Made by a program: the position numbers and the translations under genes. Of a stretch of 64,000 bases of DNA, positions 60,189-64,000 are shown piece after piece. The DNA is taken from NCBI GenBank assembly GCA_046155365.1, contig JBJXFH010000142.1:14600-78599 (forward strand), in the 5' to 3' direction. Under the pieces are notes generated by a model. It was not told the DNA's origin. It searched no databases and worked only from the letters and a program-made list of their open reading frames with translations. Position 1 is the stretch's first letter; each line of letters begins with the position of its first letter. This DNA comes from Acidimicrobiales bacterium (GTDB lineage Bacteria; Actinomycetota; Acidimicrobiia; Acidimicrobiales; CAIXPF01).

Positions 60189-61181
60189 ATGAGCGCTCGT
60201 CAGTCCCCGAACCCGGCCGCCAACGCCCCGGACCGCAACCTGGCAATGGAGTTGGTCCGCACCACTGAGGCCGCCGCCATGGCCGCGTCCCGCTGGATGG
60301 GTCGGGGCGACAAGAACGGTGCCGACGGTGCCGCCGTTGAGGCCATGCGCAAGATGCTCTCCAGCGTGTCCATGGACGGCATCATCGTCATCGGCGAGGG
60401 CGAGAAGGACGAAGCGCCCATGCTCTACAACGGGGAGCGCGTCGGCAACGGCGAGCTGCCCCTGGTGGACGTGGCGGTTGATCCCATCGACGGCACCACG
60501 CTGACCTCGTTGGGCCGGGGCAACGCCATCGCCGTGATCGCCGTGGCCGAGAAGAACACGATGTTCGATCCCGGTCCCTGCGTCTACATGGAGAAGATCG
60601 CCGTCGGTCCCGAGGGTGCCGGCGCCATCGACATCACCGCCAGCCCCTCCGCCAACCTGCGCTGGCTGGCCAAGGCCACCGGCCGCGCCGTGCGGGACCT
60701 GACCGCGGTCATCTTGGACCGGGACCGCCACGCCGATCTGATCAAGGAGGTGCGCTCCACCGGGGCCCGCATCCGGCTGATCCCCGACGGCGACGTGGCC
60801 GGTGCCATCTCCACCGCCTGGCCCGACTCCGGCGCCGACATCCTCTTCGGTATCGGCGGCACCCCCGAAGGTGTGATCGCCGCCGCCGCCCTCAAGTGCA
60901 TGGGTGGGGAGATCCAGGGCAAGTTGTGGCCCCGCAACGACGAGGAGCGCACCGCCGCCCTCAACGCCGGCTATGACCTGGACCGGGTGCTGACCCATGA
61001 CGTGCTGGTGGCCACCGACAATTGCTTCTTCGCCGCCACCGGCATCACCGACGGTGAGCTGGTCAAAGGGGTCCACTTCGAGCGGGACAGCGTCACCACC
61101 GAGTCCCTGGTGATGCGGTCCCGTTCGGGCACGGTGCGCCTGATCCAGGCCCGTCATCGCCTCGACAAGATGTACACCTGA
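60189..61181 (+). CDS. glpX: class II fructose-1,6-bisphosphatase
   Basis: [59 protein letters not shown] and GIGGTPEG match GlpX almost position by position. Start at 60189 or 60246 (MELVR). Confidence 0.95.
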   Translation: MSARQSPNPAANAPDRNLAMELVRTTEAAAMAASRWMGRGDKNGADGAAVEAMRKMLSSVSMDGIIVIGEGEKDEAPMLYNGERVGNGELPLVDVAVDPIDGTTLTSLGRGNAIAVIAVAEKNTMFDPGPCVYMEKIAVGPEGAGAIDITASPSANLRWLAKATGRAVRDLTAVILDRDRHADLIKEVRSTGARIRLIPDGDVAGAISTAWPDSGADILFGIGGTPEGVIAAAALKCMGGEIQGKLWPRNDEERTAALNAGYDLDRVLTHDVLVATDNCFFAATGITDGELVKGVHFERDSVTTESLVMRSRSGTVRLIQARHRLDKMYT

Positions 61182-61201
61182 CCCGTCGGTCCTGATCGTT
61201 T

Positions 61202-62038
61202 TCAGCTTCGGGTGGCGAGGCGGCGCTGGGCCCGGAAACGCCACTCGCGCACCAGATGGGTGCCGATGCCCTGGCCCCGCGCCATCGGATCCACCACGAC
61301 CGTTTCCGGCTCTGGCGCCACCGGGCCCCGGGCCGCGCCCACCACCCGGCCCTCGCGCCGAGCGGTCACCACCACCGGCGCATCGTCATGCCCTCCTGCA
61401 CCGTCATGCCCTCCAGGATCGCCAGCGCCCGGCTCCAGACCCGGCAAGGACCAGCCCGCCGGCTCCACCACCGTTCCGCAGGACAGCTCCACCTCAAGCG
61501 GCCCGGCGCCCACCCGACGTACGCCGTCGAGGTCCACGTCGGCCAACACCGACCAGCCCCGCTCGCCCGAAGGCTTGTGTAACAGGCTGATCCGGGGTAT
61601 CGCCACCGTGGCGGCGTACCCCGCCAGCACCTCGCACGCGGCGTGGATGCGGGCCTCGGTGGCGCTGGCCAACAGCGTCACGTGACCCACGAAGGGATGC
61701 GTCGCTCGCTCCAGTGGCGTCCTGAACACCCCCCGTCGCATGGCCGCCAGTGCCCCGGAGGGATCGATCACCGGCAGGTGCACGGTCGCCGATAGCGGCA
61801 GGAAGGTGGCCGGCGGCCCTAAGCCCACCTCGAAGGGGCTGCGCATGGAGGCCGTACGCCGCAGCAACCCCACTGCCGCCTCCAGGTCCTCCGCCCGTAG
61901 CCGTAACGGCGGCACCAACGTGATGTGGGGCTCGATGCGATCAAGGTCGGGGTCCGCCAGCGCCCGCCTCAGAACGTTGATCTCCGCCCCCACCGGGCCG
62001 CCCACCAGGATCGCAACGCCCACCTCGAGCCGGCCCAT
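61202..62038 (-). CDS. 2H-phosphoesterase (LigT-like) protein with a short GNAT-motif-A-like C-terminal region
   Basis: Two HxT motifs (EPHITLVPP, VGHVTLLAS). The C-terminal VVDPMARGQGIGTHLV resembles GNAT motif A. ATG at 62036-62038 chosen. Confidence 0.62.
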   Translation of the reverse strand: MGRLEVGVAILVGGPVGAEINVLRRALADPDLDRIEPHITLVPPLRLRAEDLEAAVGLLRRTASMRSPFEVGLGPPATFLPLSATVHLPVIDPSGALAAMRRGVFRTPLERATHPFVGHVTLLASATEARIHAACEVLAGYAATVAIPRISLLHKPSGERGWSVLADVDLDGVRRVGAGPLEVELSCGTVVEPAGWSLPGLEPGAGDPGGHDGAGGHDDAPVVVTARREGRVVGAARGPVAPEPETVVVDPMARGQGIGTHLVREWRFRAQRRLATRS

Positions 62039-62125
62039 GATCGAACGGTATCGCCTCCGAACGCCCCACAACGCCGCCCCGACCACCGTTTGCAAGCCCC
62101 CCGGTCCCGCTACCGTGATCGGTTC

Positions 62126-62878
62126 ATGACCGCGTCCCCGCCCGCCGAACCCGGGACCGGCACCGCTCCCCCCGATACGCCCAACGATCCCGACCCTCCC
62201 GACGCTCCCGCTGGGCCTGGCTGGCGACGAAGCTGGCACGCCCGCTCAGGACGGTTGAACACCTCCCGCCAGTGGGCGCTGCGGGAACTCGCTCCGCGCC
62301 ACCACTTGCCGGCCAAGACAGCCCTGCTGCGCCACGGGACCGCGGTGGCCGTGGAAATCGGTGCCGGTAGCGGCGAAGCGGCCCTGGCCCTGGCGGCGCA
62401 GCACCCTGACTGGCTGGTGGTGGCGGCCGAGGTGCACACTGCCAGCCGGGCCACGCTGCTGCTCGGCGTGGACCAACATGACCTGTCCAATCTCGCCGTG
62501 GAGGCCCGCGACGGGCGCGACGTGCTGGCCGAGGTGGCCGTGCATCGCCCGGTGGACCTGGTCCGGATCCTCTTTCCCGACCCCTGGCCGAAACGCCGTC
62601 ATCACCCCCGCCGCCTGGTCACTGCTGAGCTGGTCCAGTTGCTGCATCAAAGCCTGCACCACCGCGGCGTGGTCGAACTCGCCACCGACGACGCGGACTA
62701 CGCCCGGGCCATCGCCGCCGCCTTCCACGCCGATCCGCGCTTCAGACCCGCAGACCCCGCCACCGCGCTCCCGCCGCGGCCGGTGACGTACTACGAACGC
62801 CGGGCCCGCCAAGCCGGCCGCGCCGTCAAGACCCTGTGCTACGCCGTTCACCCGCATTCGGAGGAAATCCGCAGATGA
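62126..62878 (+). CDS. trmB: tRNA (guanine-N7)-methyltransferase
   Basis: VEIGAGSGEAA SAM motif and FPDPWPKRRHHPRRL signature. ATG at 62126. Confidence 0.9.
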   Translation: MTASPPAEPGTGTAPPDTPNDPDPPDAPAGPGWRRSWHARSGRLNTSRQWALRELAPRHHLPAKTALLRHGTAVAVEIGAGSGEAALALAAQHPDWLVVAAEVHTASRATLLLGVDQHDLSNLAVEARDGRDVLAEVAVHRPVDLVRILFPDPWPKRRHHPRRLVTAELVQLLHQSLHHRGVVELATDDADYARAIAAAFHADPRFRPADPATALPPRPVTYYERRARQAGRAVKTLCYAVHPHSEEIRR

Positions 62879-63735
62879 GCCCCCAAGCCCAACGCAACCA
62901 CGACGCGGCCCCCCCGGAGCCAGCCATCGATGTGAGCCGCCTACGAGTCACACCGGGCCGAACGGTGGACCTGGCCCGGATAGCAACCAGGGCAACGGAC
63001 GGCTTCGACGGCGACAAGACCGCCGGACGGACCCGCCTGGAGCAGCTCACCGCCCGACTCGGTCAACTGCAGCACCTGCTGGCCGCCGCCGCCGACCGGG
63101 CGCTACTGGTGGTGTTGCAGGCCCCCGATGCCGGTGGGAAAGACGGCACCATCCGGGCCATTTTCACCGGCGTGAACCCCCAAGGAACCCGGGTGACCAG
63201 CTTCAAGGCGCCCACACAGACCGAGCTGGCCCACGACTATCTGTGGCGGGTCCACGCCCACATGCCGGCCAAGGGCGAGATCATGGTGTTCAACCGCAGC
63301 CACTACGAGGACGTGCTGGTGGTCAAGGTCCACGGGCTGGTCCCGCCGGATCGTATCGAACGGCGGTACGGACACATCAACGATTTCGAGCGGCTGCTGG
63401 TGGACGAGGGAACCACGGTGGTGAAGGTGTTCCTGCACATCTCCAAAGAGGAACAGGGGATCCGGCTCCAGCAGCGTTTGGATGACCCCACCAAACGTTG
63501 GAAGTTCCGCCGCGGCGATCTCGATGAACGCGCCCACTGGCCCGCCTACCAGCAGGCATTCGAGGTCATGCTGGAGCGGACCTCCACCGCTATCGCCCCG
63601 TGGTACGTGGTCCCCGCCGATCGAAACTGGTTCCGGGACCTGGCGGTGGCCCAGATCCTGGTGGACGCCCTCGAGACCATGGACCTGCAGTACCCGCCGC
63701 CGGAAGAGGGCCTGGCCGGGCTGAAGGTCATCTGA
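62875..63735 (+). CDS. ppk2: polyphosphate kinase 2 family protein
   Basis: ATGA overlap with the trmB stop and GGAGGA 9 nt upstream. Walker A QAPDAGGKDG, FNRSHYEDVLVVKVHG lid region and PWYVVPADRNW. Confidence 0.93.
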   Translation: MSPQAQRNHDAAPPEPAIDVSRLRVTPGRTVDLARIATRATDGFDGDKTAGRTRLEQLTARLGQLQHLLAAAADRALLVVLQAPDAGGKDGTIRAIFTGVNPQGTRVTSFKAPTQTELAHDYLWRVHAHMPAKGEIMVFNRSHYEDVLVVKVHGLVPPDRIERRYGHINDFERLLVDEGTTVVKVFLHISKEEQGIRLQQRLDDPTKRWKFRRGDLDERAHWPAYQQAFEVMLERTSTAIAPWYVVPADRNWFRDLAVAQILVDALETMDLQYPPPEEGLAGLKVI

Positions 63736-64000
63736 CCCACCGGCCCCGCTCGGGCCATGATCGGCTGGGCCGTTAGCCTGTCGGAGGCCTGTGGGTCCGG
63801 CGGATCGCCACCTTGGGACCCGGACCGGACCGGACCGGCACGAACGCCGAATGAGGAAGTTCCTGTGAGCCACGCCCCAACGCCTGCTTCGGTGCCGTCG
63901 TCGTGACCGCCCTGCGCGCCGCCCCACCTCAGCTGATGGGCCCGGACCTGCTGGCCGAAAGTGACGCCCGCCCCACCCCCCGTCGTCGTCCGCTGCGGCC

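Noticed and set aside
63866-64000. Possible gene start at the right edge (GTG 63866 after AGGAAG, or GTG 63903)
   Set aside because: The first frame stops after 13 codons. The second has only about 30 codons before the window ends. There is not enough sequence to support a call.

Overview
High-GC (about 70%) chromosomal segment with clear Actinomycetota-type gene content and synteny; gene density is high and almost everything is core metabolism. All calls rest on my reading of the supplied translations, on motifs I recognise, and on re-translating a few regions by hand. No database search was possible. Left to right: a Hanks-type Ser/Thr kinase that runs off the left edge; tldE(pmbA)/tldD; a decayed region with a sigma-factor relic; vapBC; and the block ligA, MetE-like protein, mnmA and cysteine desulfurase. 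Next comes a conserved but functionally unexplained membrane/MoxR cluster (RDD, SpoIIM-like, TetR, DUF58, MoxR, DUF4350, DUF4129, membrane protein). It is followed by methyltransferase-galT-aminotransferase, an IMPase-like gene coupled to a rhomboid protease, a complete ureABCFGD urease operon divergent from a formamidase (amiF), and glgB. A 6.6 kb mixed block (SQR-like oxidoreductase, MFS, DUF222/HNH element, a truncated and an intact substrate-binding protein) separates glgB from mak-treS-glgE and the divergent glgP. The right third holds a Fic relic, mazEF, meaB, nfu, a secreted multi-domain protein, murA, an MFS transporter, an operon of hydrolase, J-domain protein and hyper-acidic protein, glpX, a 2H-phosphoesterase, trmB and ppk2. 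I saw no rRNA, tRNA, CRISPR array, transposase or integrase. Four signals are not explained by ordinary annotation. (1) The glpX/acidic-protein divergent region holds four direct copies and one inverted copy of a 17-26 nt motif. (2) Short perfect tandem repeats (units of 6-21 nt) are unusually dense in coding and intergenic DNA. Some add His-rich tracts to UreG and UreF, and others straddle stop codons. (3) The canonical glgE-treS-mak-glgB arrangement is split by a block carrying a REP13E12-like HNH element. (4) There are several small relic and toxin-antitoxin islets. The many long ORFs in the track that lie antisense to or out of frame with recognisable genes are treated as high-GC artefacts.
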